From assembly GCA_963813075.1 (NCBI GenBank), contig CAWEXU010000017.1, positions 64,001-128,000 on the forward strand: 64,000 bases of DNA. The letters run 5' to 3'. The translations under genes and the position numbers were made by a program. Positions 32,677 through 42,902 of this stretch are shown in pieces; within the stretch, counting starts at the first letter, position 1; each line of letters opens with the position of its first letter. The DNA comes from Methanotrichaceae archaeon. GTDB taxonomy: Archaea > Halobacteriota > Methanosarcinia > Methanotrichales > Methanotrichaceae. The notes under the pieces were generated by a model. That model searched no databases and had not been told where the DNA came from. It worked only from the letters and a program-made list of their open reading frames with translations.

Positions 32677-32708
32677 ATCCTGGAGACGGTGTCCGGGGCG
32701 AAAGATAT

Positions 32709-33188
32709 TCAGGAACAGGGCAGCCAGTCCACGCTGATCTCACCGGGCTGGCTGTCCGACCACAGCTGAATGAACTTCTCAATGGAGAATACCCCGGTCA
32801 GGTCCTCCACGCTGCGGCCGATGAGAGGGTGGCGGCCTTTGACGCTAACCGCTGGATCGACAGACTGCCAGGCGATATGGGCCTTGCCTATGACATTGGA
32901 GCTGATGCTGGCCTCCAGGCCCCCACCCGGCGATGCCGGATTGGATGAATTTGCAGAATTTGCATATGCTCCCGTTCGAACCTGGGTATTTCTATTCAGG
33001 TGCTCGACATCGGTGTAGGATTCGGTCATGACGGCACCGGTATCATAGTTTTTAATGGTGAGGATATCGTTCTGCCCACCACTTATCGCGGCCGGAGTAT
33101 AGGCCAGGGGAATCTCCCCCTGAATGCCGGGAACGGCCATTGCCGCAACCATGGCCGCAAAAACCAGACAAACCATTCTCTTCCACAC
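32709..33188 (-). CDS. Hypothetical secreted protein
   Basis: Signal-peptide-like 'MWKRMVCLVFAAMVAAMAVPG'. Confidence 0.7.
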   Translation of the reverse strand: MWKRMVCLVFAAMVAAMAVPGIQGEIPLAYTPAAISGGQNDILTIKNYDTGAVMTESYTDVEHLNRNTQVRTGAYANSANSSNPASPGGGLEASISSNVIGKAHIAWQSVDPAVSVKGRHPLIGRSVEDLTGVFSIEKFIQLWSDSQPGEISVDWLPCS

Positions 33189-33255
33189 TCATCGATCACC
33201 ACTTCGATGATTGACGTACTGACATTTCAAGTTATTGCTCCCCAACCTCGATCCA

Positions 33256-33967
33256 TCAGAGAGCAATCGATGCACCCTGGCTGCCGCCCAATTGAACAAT
33301 CTTGTTCATGTCCTGAAGGGTGTAATTCCTGTTATTCTGAGCCTCCTCGTTATTGGGGTCAAGTAGCAGGGCTTTATCGAAGCGGACTAGGGCTTCCTGG
33401 TATCTTCCCAGCGCCCGCAGGACTACCCCCTCGTTATTCCAGCTCGGAGGATTCAAGGGATCAATGCTGGTGGCCAGTCTGTAAGACAGACCAGTGATCC
33501 GGAGTAGATCGCCTTTATCGCCCAGAGCCATACCCTTTCCATTCCAGGCTTCGAAATTGAAGAATTCAGACTCCAAGACCTGATCGAAAGAGGATGGCCT
33601 CATCATTTCTATTCAGGCCCTGGGAGAGGGCAAGCCCCTTCCAGTTAAGAGGCTCGACGTTCGTGGAGTCTATCGCAAGAGCCTGATCGAAACATGCTAC
33701 AGCATCCACGAAGCGTGCCCAAGATTGCCAAGTGTACTATCCCTTGCGGTTCCAGAGGTTGACATTGACTGCGTCCAGCTCTAGCGCCTTATCATAGCTT
33801 CCTGCTGCCTCTTCTATGCTGCCGTTCAAGAATTGCTGATCTCCCAGGTTTGACCAGTATTCTGCGGTATATTCTGCGGTATATTCTCCCGCACCAGGCA
33901 GAATGCATGCCATCGCCAGGACGGCTAATAATCCAATTGCGAGCTTCATGAAATGCTGTTTTTGCAC
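33256..33967 (-). CDS. Secreted TPR-repeat protein (frameshifts ~33740, ~33600)
   Basis: Signal peptide followed by TPR motifs such as 'WNNEGVVLRALGRYQEALVRFDKALLLDP'. Confidence 0.75.
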
Positions 33968-34058
33968 AGGGGATAGATATCTCTACCCCATCCCTCTGCT
34001 GAGATTGCCCAAAAGTTAATTAATTCCTCCCTCATAGCACCATGTAGAATAGCACCAT

Positions 34059-34607
34059 ATGGATCATAAATCAGCAATCAGCACAGATCAGCACCATATA
34101 GATAAAGTAGATAAAGGTCCGGGTTTGTCGACTGAATTCCCCGGCAGAGGAGTGGAGGAGGTTCTTGATTTGAAGAGATTCGATGTAATGCTGGAAAAGG
34201 ACATATCCGGTTATGAGGGTGAGTTCTCCGATCTTATTCACCAGGCTCCGGCTTTTTACAGAATGATGACCAGGCTGTTGGATGACAAGGATCTTCCCAG
34301 ATCCATCTCGCCCCACATTATCGCCGCGATCGCATACTTCATTCTTCCCGAGGATATAATTCCCGAAGACAAGTTCGGCCCGGTGGGCTATGTTGATGAT
34401 ATCTATCTATGCGCCTTCGTTGCCAATGAGGTTGTGAAGGAATCCGGATCCTCAGATATCATAACCCGGAACTGGGATGGAAATAGACCGGTTATTGAAC
34501 TGATAAATGAGATTCTCGATCGCGAGAAAGAGCTTTTAGGCAATAAGAAAGAGCATATGATGCAGTATATAGGCTTCGATGAGATTCAGGGCTTTGACGA
34601 GATTTAG
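34059..34607 (+). CDS. YkvA/DUF1232 family protein
   Basis: Motif 'AIAYFILPEDIIPE..GPVGYVDD'. Confidence 0.8.
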   Translation: MDHKSAISTDQHHIDKVDKGPGLSTEFPGRGVEEVLDLKRFDVMLEKDISGYEGEFSDLIHQAPAFYRMMTRLLDDKDLPRSISPHIIAAIAYFILPEDIIPEDKFGPVGYVDDIYLCAFVANEVVKESGSSDIITRNWDGNRPVIELINEILDREKELLGNKKEHMMQYIGFDEIQGFDEI

Positions 34608-34676
34608 GGCTTTATTAAGAGATCAATTGGATTAAGCTCCTTCAGCTTCAAGCTCTTCAGCTCAAGCTCCTTCGGA

Positions 34677-35009
34677 TCAGGCTCCTTTTTTATCCTGATC
34701 TCGTCTGGGTTTGTACGGGCGCCTCTTCTGTCCATTGCACGAGATACAGGTGGTGATCAGGACGCCATCGCACAGCCTGACCCGGGAGTTCTCTGGAGAC
34801 AGGTAGCTGCCACAGTGTCGGCAGTAGAGCCTCTTCAGGGGGCGGGGCATTCGGACCCTGGTGCGGGTGCTGATTCGTCGGGCGATTTCCACATATCTCC
34901 TGCTCCTCTCGGGATGAATCCGGTGCGCCTCTTCCGCCAGAACAAAGAGCCTCTCCATACGCTGGAGTGCCAGATCTCTGGACTTATGGTTGTCCTTTCT
35001 CCTTCTCAC
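34677..35009 (-). CDS. rnp4: Ribonuclease P protein component 4 (Rpp21)
   Basis: Sequence 'RMERLF.LA...RRYV.IAR.I...CRHC...CISC...RRPY'. Confidence 0.9.
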   Translation of the reverse strand: MRRRKDNHKSRDLALQRMERLFVLAEEAHRIHPERSRRYVEIARRISTRTRVRMPRPLKRLYCRHCGSYLSPENSRVRLCDGVLITTCISCNGQKRRPYKPRRDQDKKGA

Positions 35010-35136
35010 GGCCAGAGCTGGCGTGACCGGTCTATAAACCTATTTCGTCCTGATCTCCTGGAGGGACTCTTTGTCCGGAAGAGGAACTTTCAATAAAGAT
35101 AACCTATTTCTACATTCAGTGATCACAACCAGTCCA

Positions 35137-35400
35137 ATGGCTGCCACATCACTCCCAATCAAGATCACCCCGGAGATGGAGGAGTACATCCGTGCCCGCT
35201 CGACAGATATGCGCGTCGCCACCACCTGCGAGGGCCCGCTGATCTTCTCCGTCAAGACCAGTCCACCCAAGCCCACCGATCACATCATCTCTGTGGGGGA
35301 GCGCAAGGTCTACATCTCTGCCGTCCAGGCACCTTATATCAAAACTATAGATGAGAGTATGCTGCCACGATGCGCTCTGGAAAAGAGGAAATGTTACTGA
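35137..35400 (+). CDS. Small hypothetical protein
   Basis: Clean 87-aa ORF containing 'TTCEGP...PPKPTD...KVYIS'. Confidence 0.65.
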   Translation: MAATSLPIKITPEMEEYIRARSTDMRVATTCEGPLIFSVKTSPPKPTDHIISVGERKVYISAVQAPYIKTIDESMLPRCALEKRKCY

Positions 35401-35407
35401 AGTTCGT

Positions 35408-35503
35408 TTAAAGATGCGATTGCCTCAGCCCGGATATAATCAGAATCATCCACCATACAACCAGGCTGATCAACACCATAAGAGATAGAGCGGCGTAGTC
35501 CAT
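35408..35503 (-). CDS. 31-aa membrane microprotein (MDYAALSLMVLISLVVWWMILIISGLRQSHL)
   Basis: CAGGAG 9 nt upstream. Single hydrophobic helix. Confidence 0.45.
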   Translation of the reverse strand: MDYAALSLMVLISLVVWWMILIISGLRQSHL

Positions 35504-35664
35504 TATCGACATCTCCTGGATATTAATGGTCTTTTATGATGATATAGACGATTGTGATAAGTTCGCATCCAGGCGAGGTCGGCGAGGAATCGGGAATATC
35601 CAGATCTTGCCGCAAGCCGGCAAACCGAAACCATTAAGTCGCTGAGAGTGGGAATTAGATGCAT

Positions 35665-35811
35665 ATGAAAAAAACCAGGTCGCCAATCTGGCTGGTACTG
35701 TTAGGGGCGATTATGTTCCTCGCCCTCTTATGGCGCTGGATATTGCGAATGCCAGTAAAAAGAGATGAAGAGGACGACAGCCGAAACCGCAAAAACCGTC
35801 CTGTAGCATAG
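35665..35811 (+). CDS. 48-aa membrane microprotein (MKKTRSPIWLVLLGAIMFLALLWRWILRMPVKRDEEDDSRNRKNRPVA)
   Basis: Basic N-terminus, one TM helix and a charged tail. Fills an otherwise empty gap. Confidence 0.5.
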   Translation: MKKTRSPIWLVLLGAIMFLALLWRWILRMPVKRDEEDDSRNRKNRPVA

Positions 35812-35836
35812 GCTCCAATCTCTTTCAGGCCCAAAA

Positions 35837-36370
35837 TCAGCGGCCATCCAGCCATTCCTTTAGAGCGCGCATAGAGGCAGCGCGGTGAGAGATGCGATTT
35901 TTCTCTGCCAGCTCCATCTCCGCCAGGCTCCGGTCGCCCACATAGAATATGGGGTCGTATCCAAATCCCGAGCTTCCCCGGGCCTCAAAGCCGATCTGCC
36001 CCTCCACCATTCCCTGGAACATCTGAGGCTCAAGCCCAGGCTCAGAATACACCACTACCGATTTGAAGAAAGCCCTGCGATCGGAAAGGCCATCCATCAG
36101 CCGCAGTATTCCCTTGTTGCCGATGGTCTTCTGGACATAGGCGGAGTAGACGCCAGGAAAGCCATTTAGAGCATGGACGAATAGGCCCGCATCCTCCAGC
36201 ATCGCCGGCCCCTCCAGACGGGCCATGATCTCGTTCATGCCATAGACGGCCACCTCTTCCAGAGTATCCGCCTGAATCTCAGTATAGCCCAGATCCCTCT
36301 GAACCAGATCATCGATCATGGCCCGGGCCTCCACATATTTTCCCTTGTTGCTGGTGATAAAGCTGATCAT
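35837..36370 (-). CDS. rdgB: XTP/dITP diphosphatase (Ham1 family)
   Basis: Motifs TSNKGK, EDAGL, GFPGVYS, GFGYDPIF and KNRISHR. Confidence 0.93.
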   Translation of the reverse strand: MISFITSNKGKYVEARAMIDDLVQRDLGYTEIQADTLEEVAVYGMNEIMARLEGPAMLEDAGLFVHALNGFPGVYSAYVQKTIGNKGILRLMDGLSDRRAFFKSVVVYSEPGLEPQMFQGMVEGQIGFEARGSSGFGYDPIFYVGDRSLAEMELAEKNRISHRAASMRALKEWLDGR

Positions 36371-36409
36371 CTTATATCCCTACAATTCCTTCTCAATATA
36401 CCTTAAAAA

Positions 36410-37225
36410 TTAATCGGAATCGCTTTTTCTGGCCTCCACCTCCAGCCTCACCATCCCCACGTGAATATCCCCATTCTCGTCCGGAGGATGAAGCTGGACG
36501 TACCTCTCAACCACTGAATAAATGAAATCCGACCTCAGCTCTTCTGGCACTCGTTCGATATAGGGCAGCCAGGTGCTCGTAATCCATGAGGACAGGCCCG
36601 TTCTGCCTTTTTGGACCATATCCTTCTCTAATAGCTCCACCCGGACCGTTTTCAGGCCGGATGCATCTAGCCAGGCCCGGTACTCCACCGGTCCGAAAAA
36701 GCCGTAGGGAAATCCAAATCCTTCGAAGTAGGGGCGCCATCTATCCTCCGAGATCATCTCCCCGGCAATATCCAGCACGCTGGCGGCATTGCCCCTCCCC
36801 CCAAACTGCATAAAGACCCGTCCTCCCTTCCTCAGGCTCCGCCTGATCCCCGCCAGAACCGGCCTGTGATCCAGGACCCAGTGAAGAGCAGCGAAAGAGA
36901 GGACGAGATCAAACTGGTTATGGTATTGCAGGTTTCGGGCATCACCGTGCTGGAAGTCGAGGTTTGGCCACTCTTCTGCCGGGAACCGGGACCGGGCAAA
37001 GCTCAGCATCTCCTGGGAGCTGTCAAGCCCTGCCACCGATCCTTTCGGTACGAGGCGCGATATCCGGGCGGTGATCTTGCCGTCTCCGCAGCCGATATCA
37101 AGTATCCTTTCGTCTCCCCTAATCGAGATCCTGGACAATAGCTCCTCTGCCCACATCTTCTGAGCAGACGAGCTCAGAGAATAGGTTTCGGGGTCCCATC
37201 GGTGCATCTTTATGTCTTCTGCCAT
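36410..37225 (-). CDS. Class I SAM-dependent methyltransferase (Tam-like)
   Basis: Motifs ILDIGCGDG and SFAALHWV. Confidence 0.85.
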   Translation of the reverse strand: MAEDIKMHRWDPETYSLSSSAQKMWAEELLSRISIRGDERILDIGCGDGKITARISRLVPKGSVAGLDSSQEMLSFARSRFPAEEWPNLDFQHGDARNLQYHNQFDLVLSFAALHWVLDHRPVLAGIRRSLRKGGRVFMQFGGRGNAASVLDIAGEMISEDRWRPYFEGFGFPYGFFGPVEYRAWLDASGLKTVRVELLEKDMVQKGRTGLSSWITSTWLPYIERVPEELRSDFIYSVVERYVQLHPPDENGDIHVGMVRLEVEARKSDSD

Positions 37226-37418
37226 ACCTGATTATCCTGGCTTTTTTCTTTTATCGCAATTTAACAGTTGATCTTTAATTTTAATAAGCCTTTCCGATTT
37301 GGTCTTCTCTATCGAAATCTGCCGTCACGGCCCCCATCTCACCAATTCTCCCAAGGGGAACGTTTTTAGATAGCTAGCAATAGTCACAGAAGTGAATTTG
37401 CATTCTGGTGAGGACGAA

Positions 37419-38660
37419 ATGGATCTGGGAGATAGAGTCTTGGTGGAGAGGAACGGCATCTCCTATGAGGGGGTTCTCATGCCGTCCCGCCGCGCTGACC
37501 ACGTGGTCATAAAGCTGAAGAACGGCTACAACCTCGGCCTGAGGGCAAAGGAAAGCAACATCAAGCTGATAGAAAAGGGCCAGGAGATCAAATCCAGGCA
37601 ACTGGACCGACCTCTCAAAGAAAAACCGGGCCTGCCCCAGGTGTCCATTCTCTCGACCGGCGGGACCATCGCCAGCAAGGTGGACTACCGGACGGGTGCC
37701 GTCACCAGCCAGTTCTCTGCCGGGGAGATCATATCCGCCATCCCCGAGCTGGAGGAGATCGCCAACTATCGGGCCCGGGTTATCTATCAGATCCTGAGCG
37801 AGAACATGCGTTCGGAGTACTGGACGGCCCTCGCGCGGGCGGTGGCCGAGGAGATCTCTGGAGGCGCAGAGGGGGTGATCATAACCCATGGCACTGACAC
37901 CATGATGTACACCGCCGCCGCACTATCATTTATGCTGAGAACACCGGTCCCCGTGGTCCTGGTCGGCTCCCAGAGGAGCTCGGACCGTCCCAGCAGCGAT
38001 GCCTCCATGAACGCCATCTGCGCGGCCACAGTTGCCACCAGCGACATTGCCGAAGTCTGCGTGGTCATGCACGGCACAACCAACGACGACTACTGCACCA
38101 TCCACCGCGGAACGAGGGTCCGCAAGATGCATACCTCTCGCAGAGATGCTTTCCAGACCATCAACCAGCCTGCACTGGGCAGGGTGGATTACCTCAAGAG
38201 AAAGGTCGAGACCCGCCTTCCCTACCGCCGCCGGGGCGAGGTGCAGATGGAGTTGAATGAGAGGCTTGAGCCCAGGTGCAGTCTGGTAAAGTACACTCCC
38301 GGATCCTCTCCCGAGATCCTGCATTACTACATTGACAAGGGCTATCGGGGAATCGTCGTGGAGGGAACGGGCCTGGGTCACGTTGCCTCTGACTGGATCG
38401 AGGGCATCGCCAGGGCAAAAGAGGAGAACATACCGGTGGTCATAACCTCACAGTGCCTGCGGGGCAGGATATGCGACCGGGTGTATGATACCGGTCGAGA
38501 TATGCTCCAGGCCGGTGCAATAGAGGGCGGCGATATGCTGCCCGAGGTGGCCCTGGTCAAGCTGATGTGGGTGCTGGCCAATAATCCCGCGGAGGTCAGG
38601 TCAATGATGAAGACCCCCCTGGCCGGCGAGATCTCCTTCTCCACACCGATCACCGTATAG
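37419..38660 (+). CDS. gatD: Glutamyl-tRNA(Gln) amidotransferase subunit D
   Basis: Motifs [32 protein letters not shown] and [12 protein letters not shown]. Confidence 0.96.
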   Translation: MDLGDRVLVERNGISYEGVLMPSRRADHVVIKLKNGYNLGLRAKESNIKLIEKGQEIKSRQLDRPLKEKPGLPQVSILSTGGTIASKVDYRTGAVTSQFSAGEIISAIPELEEIANYRARVIYQILSENMRSEYWTALARAVAEEISGGAEGVIITHGTDTMMYTAAALSFMLRTPVPVVLVGSQRSSDRPSSDASMNAICAATVATSDIAEVCVVMHGTTNDDYCTIHRGTRVRKMHTSRRDAFQTINQPALGRVDYLKRKVETRLPYRRRGEVQMELNERLEPRCSLVKYTPGSSPEILHYYIDKGYRGIVVEGTGLGHVASDWIEGIARAKEENIPVVITSQCLRGRICDRVYDTGRDMLQAGAIEGGDMLPEVALVKLMWVLANNPAEVRSMMKTPLAGEISFSTPITV

Positions 38661-38743
38661 TATCATAAGATCCCAAGCAAGGCCAAAACCTTATAAGCAA
38701 GGTGAATAGTGCACCAACCTCAGGATTATTGGAGGAATTAGTT

Positions 38744-39259
38744 TTGACACGCAAGCCAGCAAGCATGTATAGAAGGCATGAACGTCCCTACACACGCAGA
38801 AAGTATATGGGAGGCGTTCCGGGAAGCAAAGTAGTTCACTATGACATGGGCAATCTCCAGGAGGACTATCCCCTGCAACTGACATTGGTGGTCATGGAGC
38901 CCTGCCAGATCAGGCACACCGCCCTGGAAGCGGCAAGAGTGGCGGCCCATCGATTTCTGCAGAAGCAGATGGGCAAGACCAACTACCACCTCAAGCTCAG
39001 GACATATCCCCATCATGTAATTCGCGAGAACAAGCAGGCCACCGGCGCAGGTGCAGACCGTGTCTCCAGCGGCATGAGAATGGCATTCGGCAAGGCAGTA
39101 GGAACCGCAGCCAGAGTTGAAGCAGGCCAGAAGCTATTCACCCTGGGAATACCCCCTCAGTACCTCAATGATGCCAAGGAGGCGTTGACCAGGGCTGGAC
39201 ATAAGCTGCCGACACCCATTCAGATCATAGTGGAATCCGGTCAAGAGCTGATAAGGTAA
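38744..39259 (+). CDS. rpl10e: 50S ribosomal protein uL16 (L10e)
   Basis: TTG start after GGAGG. Motifs [11 protein letters not shown] and [18 protein letters not shown]. Confidence 0.95.
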   Translation: MTRKPASMYRRHERPYTRRKYMGGVPGSKVVHYDMGNLQEDYPLQLTLVVMEPCQIRHTALEAARVAAHRFLQKQMGKTNYHLKLRTYPHHVIRENKQATGAGADRVSSGMRMAFGKAVGTAARVEAGQKLFTLGIPPQYLNDAKEALTRAGHKLPTPIQIIVESGQELIR

Positions 39260-39264
39260 TCTGG

Positions 39265-39894
39265 ATGGACGACTATTTAGCGGGCCTGGATAGGGCCATG
39301 AAGAAGATGCCCGCCAACAGAGAGTCCAAGGAACGGTTTGTGATACCCTCGGCGAAGGTGTTCTATGAGGGCAAGACCACAGTCCTGGAGAACTTTGGGG
39401 CTATAGCTGACACTCTGAATCGCGATCCGGAACATCTCATGAAATATCTTCTCCAGGAGATGGGCACAGCCGGAAAGATCGAGGGACAGCGGGGGATCTT
39501 TCAGGGAAAGTTTGGCGAGACCGCCATCGCCCGCCAGATAGAATCCTACTTCGAAGAGTATGTTGTCTGCACTGAGTGCAGGCTTCCAGATACTCATCTC
39601 ATCAAAAGCGACCGTGTCCTGACACTCAAATGCGACGCTTGCGGTGCCCATAGGCCGGTGCGCAAGAGAAAGGCTACGGCTACGATTCAAAAGGACGTCA
39701 TCGAAGAGGGCGAGACCTATGAGCTGCGCATTGAGTCTGTGGGCAATAAGGGCGACGGCATAGCCAAGGTCGATAAATATCTCATATTTGTGCCCAGCAC
39801 AATTAAAGGAGAGATCGTCCGGGCCAAGATTAAGAAGATCAGCGGAACCCTGGCCTTTGCCGAGGTTGTGGAGAGGAAAGGCAAGGTGGCCTAG
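39265..39894 (+). CDS. eif2b: Translation initiation factor 2 beta subunit with C-terminal TRAM domain
   Basis: Motifs [27 protein letters not shown] and TRAM 'GNKGDGIAK'. Confidence 0.93.
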   Translation: MDDYLAGLDRAMKKMPANRESKERFVIPSAKVFYEGKTTVLENFGAIADTLNRDPEHLMKYLLQEMGTAGKIEGQRGIFQGKFGETAIARQIESYFEEYVVCTECRLPDTHLIKSDRVLTLKCDACGAHRPVRKRKATATIQKDVIEEGETYELRIESVGNKGDGIAKVDKYLIFVPSTIKGEIVRAKIKKISGTLAFAEVVERKGKVA

Positions 39895-40128
39895 ATGGAG
39901 GAGAAGATCATCCTCACCTTTACTGAGGAACACAAATATCTGCTGGAGTTTCTCCCTCCTTTGTTCTGGAGGGATTTTGCAGAAGGGTATGGTGGTCTTC
40001 CCTGGATCGAGATCAGTGACGGGCGAACGGCAATAGTGGCTGAAAACTACTCTTACCTGCTGGACCTCCTGGTTCAGGCCAGGTTGTACCGCCTGAGCAG
40101 GCTGCCATCGGGCACTCGGCTGAAGTAG
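39895..40128 (+). CDS. Hypothetical protein
   Basis: Starts immediately after the eif2b stop. 77 aa. Confidence 0.6.
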   Translation: MEEKIILTFTEEHKYLLEFLPPLFWRDFAEGYGGLPWIEISDGRTAIVAENYSYLLDLLVQARLYRLSRLPSGTRLK

Positions 40129-40168
40129 AATGGATTGAAGGCCACCAGATTTCAGGTCATCGGGAATT

Positions 40169-40909
40169 ATGTCTGGACCAGCGGCATCCTTGAGGGGATA
40201 TCTCATTCGCGGCCTGCCGGTTATCCAAGAGGGGGACGATATTCCCAGATTCCTTAAATCCCTTTTTGAGTTCGAGGACGGAGATGTCCTCTGCCTTGCC
40301 AGCACCATTGTGGCCAAGTCAGAAGGCCGGATGAGGGAGCTGGGAGACTACCGACCTGGTAGCCATGCAATTGAGGTCGCAAGCAAATTGGGAAAAGACC
40401 CCCGGTTTGTGCAGGCGGTTTTTGATGAATCCAGCGATATACTGCTCGAACGGCCCTTTCTGCTCACGGTAACTCATTTTGGCCATATTGGGGTTAACGC
40501 CGGCATTGATCAGTCCAATGTGGGTGACGAAAAGATACTCCTGCTGCCAGAAGATCCCTCTGCAAGCGCCCAGAGGATTGTTGAGGCTCTGGGAAAGGAT
40601 TGTGCTGTGATAATCACCGATACCTGTGGCCGGCCTTTCCGTAATGGTGTTGCCGGGGTGGCGGTGGGCTGGTCGGGCATCGCCGCTTTGAAAGACTGGC
40701 GCGGTGAACTCGATTTGCATGGAAGAGCACTCAGCATAACCCTGGAGGCAATAGTAGACGAGATTGCCGCCGCTGCTAACCTGTTGATGGGGGAGGCAGG
40801 GGATGGCACCCCGGCAGTGGTCTTCCGGGGGCTCAAATATCCTCGCTCTGGAGACGATCTCTTCCGGGCAAGGGAGACGGACATAATCCGGTCCCGATTG
40901 AATAGCTGA
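40169..40909 (+). CDS. cofE: Coenzyme F420-0:L-glutamate ligase
   Basis: Motifs GLP.IQEGDD, NAGIDQSN, DTCGRPFR and DEIAAAANLLMGE. Confidence 0.93.
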   Translation: MSGPAASLRGYLIRGLPVIQEGDDIPRFLKSLFEFEDGDVLCLASTIVAKSEGRMRELGDYRPGSHAIEVASKLGKDPRFVQAVFDESSDILLERPFLLTVTHFGHIGVNAGIDQSNVGDEKILLLPEDPSASAQRIVEALGKDCAVIITDTCGRPFRNGVAGVAVGWSGIAALKDWRGELDLHGRALSITLEAIVDEIAAAANLLMGEAGDGTPAVVFRGLKYPRSGDDLFRARETDIIRSRLNS

Positions 40910-40936
40910 ATTCTATTGATCTGGTGATTGCATTCT

Positions 40937-41590
40937 ATGCTGCAATCGATTCAAGTGATAATTCCCTTCAAAGCCCGGGGGGGAAAGAGCAGGCTCTCCG
41001 GAGTTCTCAATCCCGCAGAGCGGAGGCTCTTTGCCTTTGCCATGCTCAGGGACGTCCTGGCTGCGGCCTCTGGCCTGGGAAGAGCGACCGTTCTCTCAGA
41101 GATGGATCCTGGCTCTGAAGAGGTGGGGTTGGATGCGGACATTCTGGAGTCGGAGCTGGAGCTGAACGATGCTCTGAACTCCTTGATATCACATCATGCC
41201 AGCCTGGGATGGCCATCGAATATCCTCATCATCATGGCCGATCTGGCTCTCTTGAGAGAGAAGGATGTAAGAGAGATGATTTGCTGCTCGGGAGATGTCG
41301 TTCTCTGTCCGGGACGGGGAGGCGGGACGAATATGATCCTTATTCGCAGCCCGAAATTCCGGACCTGCTACCGGGGCCTGAGCTTTCCCCGGCATATTGC
41401 CTGCGCCCAAAAGATCGGCCTGAATGTTTCTATATTCGAATCCTTTCGAGCAGGCTGCGATATAGACGAGCCAACTGATCTGGCTGAGGTGCTGCTGCAT
41501 AGCGAGGGAGAAGCAAAATTGGCTCTAGAGAGGATGGGATTTGGTCTCTCTCAGAAAGGAAGGTCGATTCTGGAGCGCCGGTCCCTTTAG
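40937..41590 (+). CDS. cofC: 2-phospho-L-lactate / PEP guanylyltransferase
   Basis: Motifs IPFK..KSRLS, MLRDV, GGGTN and DIDEPTDL. Confidence 0.93.
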   Translation: MLQSIQVIIPFKARGGKSRLSGVLNPAERRLFAFAMLRDVLAAASGLGRATVLSEMDPGSEEVGLDADILESELELNDALNSLISHHASLGWPSNILIIMADLALLREKDVREMICCSGDVVLCPGRGGGTNMILIRSPKFRTCYRGLSFPRHIACAQKIGLNVSIFESFRAGCDIDEPTDLAEVLLHSEGEAKLALERMGFGLSQKGRSILERRSL

Positions 41591-41626
41591 GGCCATAATA
41601 AATTGAAAAAAGTTGAGCCTGAAACC

Positions 41627-41899
41627 TTAGATCTCGTCCAGCTTCTCAACTCCGATCTTCTTTACTTTTGGTTTCCAGATCTCGTTGGGCATCCATGCCG
41701 GCGCGCCCTTTGGCTTCTTTACCTGAACCCTCTCTCCCACAAATATGTGCACTTTCTTGGTTCCGCGCTCCCTGAGTCTTATATCTTTATGACCCCTATT
41801 GGCTGCTTTTAAAGCTGCTTGCCTGGGCTGCTTTCCTGTGAAAACTCCGATCTCATTGCCCTTCTTGTCCCTGAGGGCGAAATTTCTGGTCTCGGCCAT
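41627..41899 (-). CDS. Non-histone chromosomal protein MC1
   Basis: Sequence 'RNFALRD..GNEIGVFTGKQPRQAALKAANRG..IRLRERGTKKVH'. Confidence 0.95.
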   Translation of the reverse strand: MAETRNFALRDKKGNEIGVFTGKQPRQAALKAANRGHKDIRLRERGTKKVHIFVGERVQVKKPKGAPAWMPNEIWKPKVKKIGVEKLDEI

Positions 41900-42167
41900 C
41901 ATATCCCTCCATTTTCCGACTATCAAAACTCTGACTGATTAACAGCTATGCACAATACCATTATATTAATTTTATCCAGATGGCATATGTGCATTCTTAT
42001 TTTCCGGGATTTAAAAAATCAGGTTTTTGAGGCAAAATCCATATCTGTAAGTCTAATTTATCGAACTATGCCCTAAAACGAGTTTGCAGAGTCTATGATG
42101 CCTGATCAGAATGATCGCGGCGGATATGGACCTCTTTTGCCCTGGCCCTGCCCGACTCCAATCATTC

Positions 42168-42902
42168 TTAAATTGTTTGTGCTCTTGTGATCCTCTCTTC
42201 GCCCACATGGGCGCGCACCAGAGCGGGCAGATCCCCCCATAGAGCCATCTTTTCTCCCCTGATCACAAGCGCGCCAATGACCCCCGGCCGGTCGACGGCA
42301 AGAAAGCACTGCTCTAAAGGTGCCGTTGCCTGCACGGCATTGCCCAGGGCAGTGGCGGAAGCATCTGCCAGCGCCAGGTCGTTTGATATGACCGTGGCCG
42401 CATCAGCACAGCCAAACGATATGGATGGTCCCACGCTCCCAGAGCTGGTGCAGATGCCAAGGGGATTGGTGCGGGCAGGGATCTCGAAGGCAAGGTCTCG
42501 AAGAGGAGACCGGCCGGCGTACACTCCCACCGTTACGGGGACATCGTTTAAGATGCAGATATCCCCCCCATTGTCAACAATGGCATAAGTCGCTCCGGCA
42601 TCGATCATCGCCTGCACGGCAATTTCGGCAATGATGCCTGCGACACAGGCCATCGGGCCAACCCCAACCATAGCGCTGGATTCGATCATTCGCTCGATGA
42701 TCGGTGGCGCACCGTTCGCTTGAAGGTCATAGGGCTCCAGGGTGATCATAAAAAAAGGATCCTTCTCGATGAAGTCCTCCAGATATCGGCGCTGCTCGGC
42801 AATTGACCTTTTGGCGGCATCTATATGCTCTCGCTTTCGAGCAAAGATGGTGACTGCAGTCTCTTTGAGTTGAAAATGCTCACGCAGGATCTCTGACATC
42901 AT
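42168..42902 (-). CDS. UPF0280 (ApbE-like) protein
   Basis: Motifs VGPMACVAG, DNGGDI and CTSSGSVGPSISFG. Confidence 0.88.
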   Translation of the reverse strand: MMSEILREHFQLKETAVTIFARKREHIDAAKRSIAEQRRYLEDFIEKDPFFMITLEPYDLQANGAPPIIERMIESSAMVGVGPMACVAGIIAEIAVQAMIDAGATYAIVDNGGDICILNDVPVTVGVYAGRSPLRDLAFEIPARTNPLGICTSSGSVGPSISFGCADAATVISNDLALADASATALGNAVQATAPLEQCFLAVDRPGVIGALVIRGEKMALWGDLPALVRAHVGEERITRAQTI

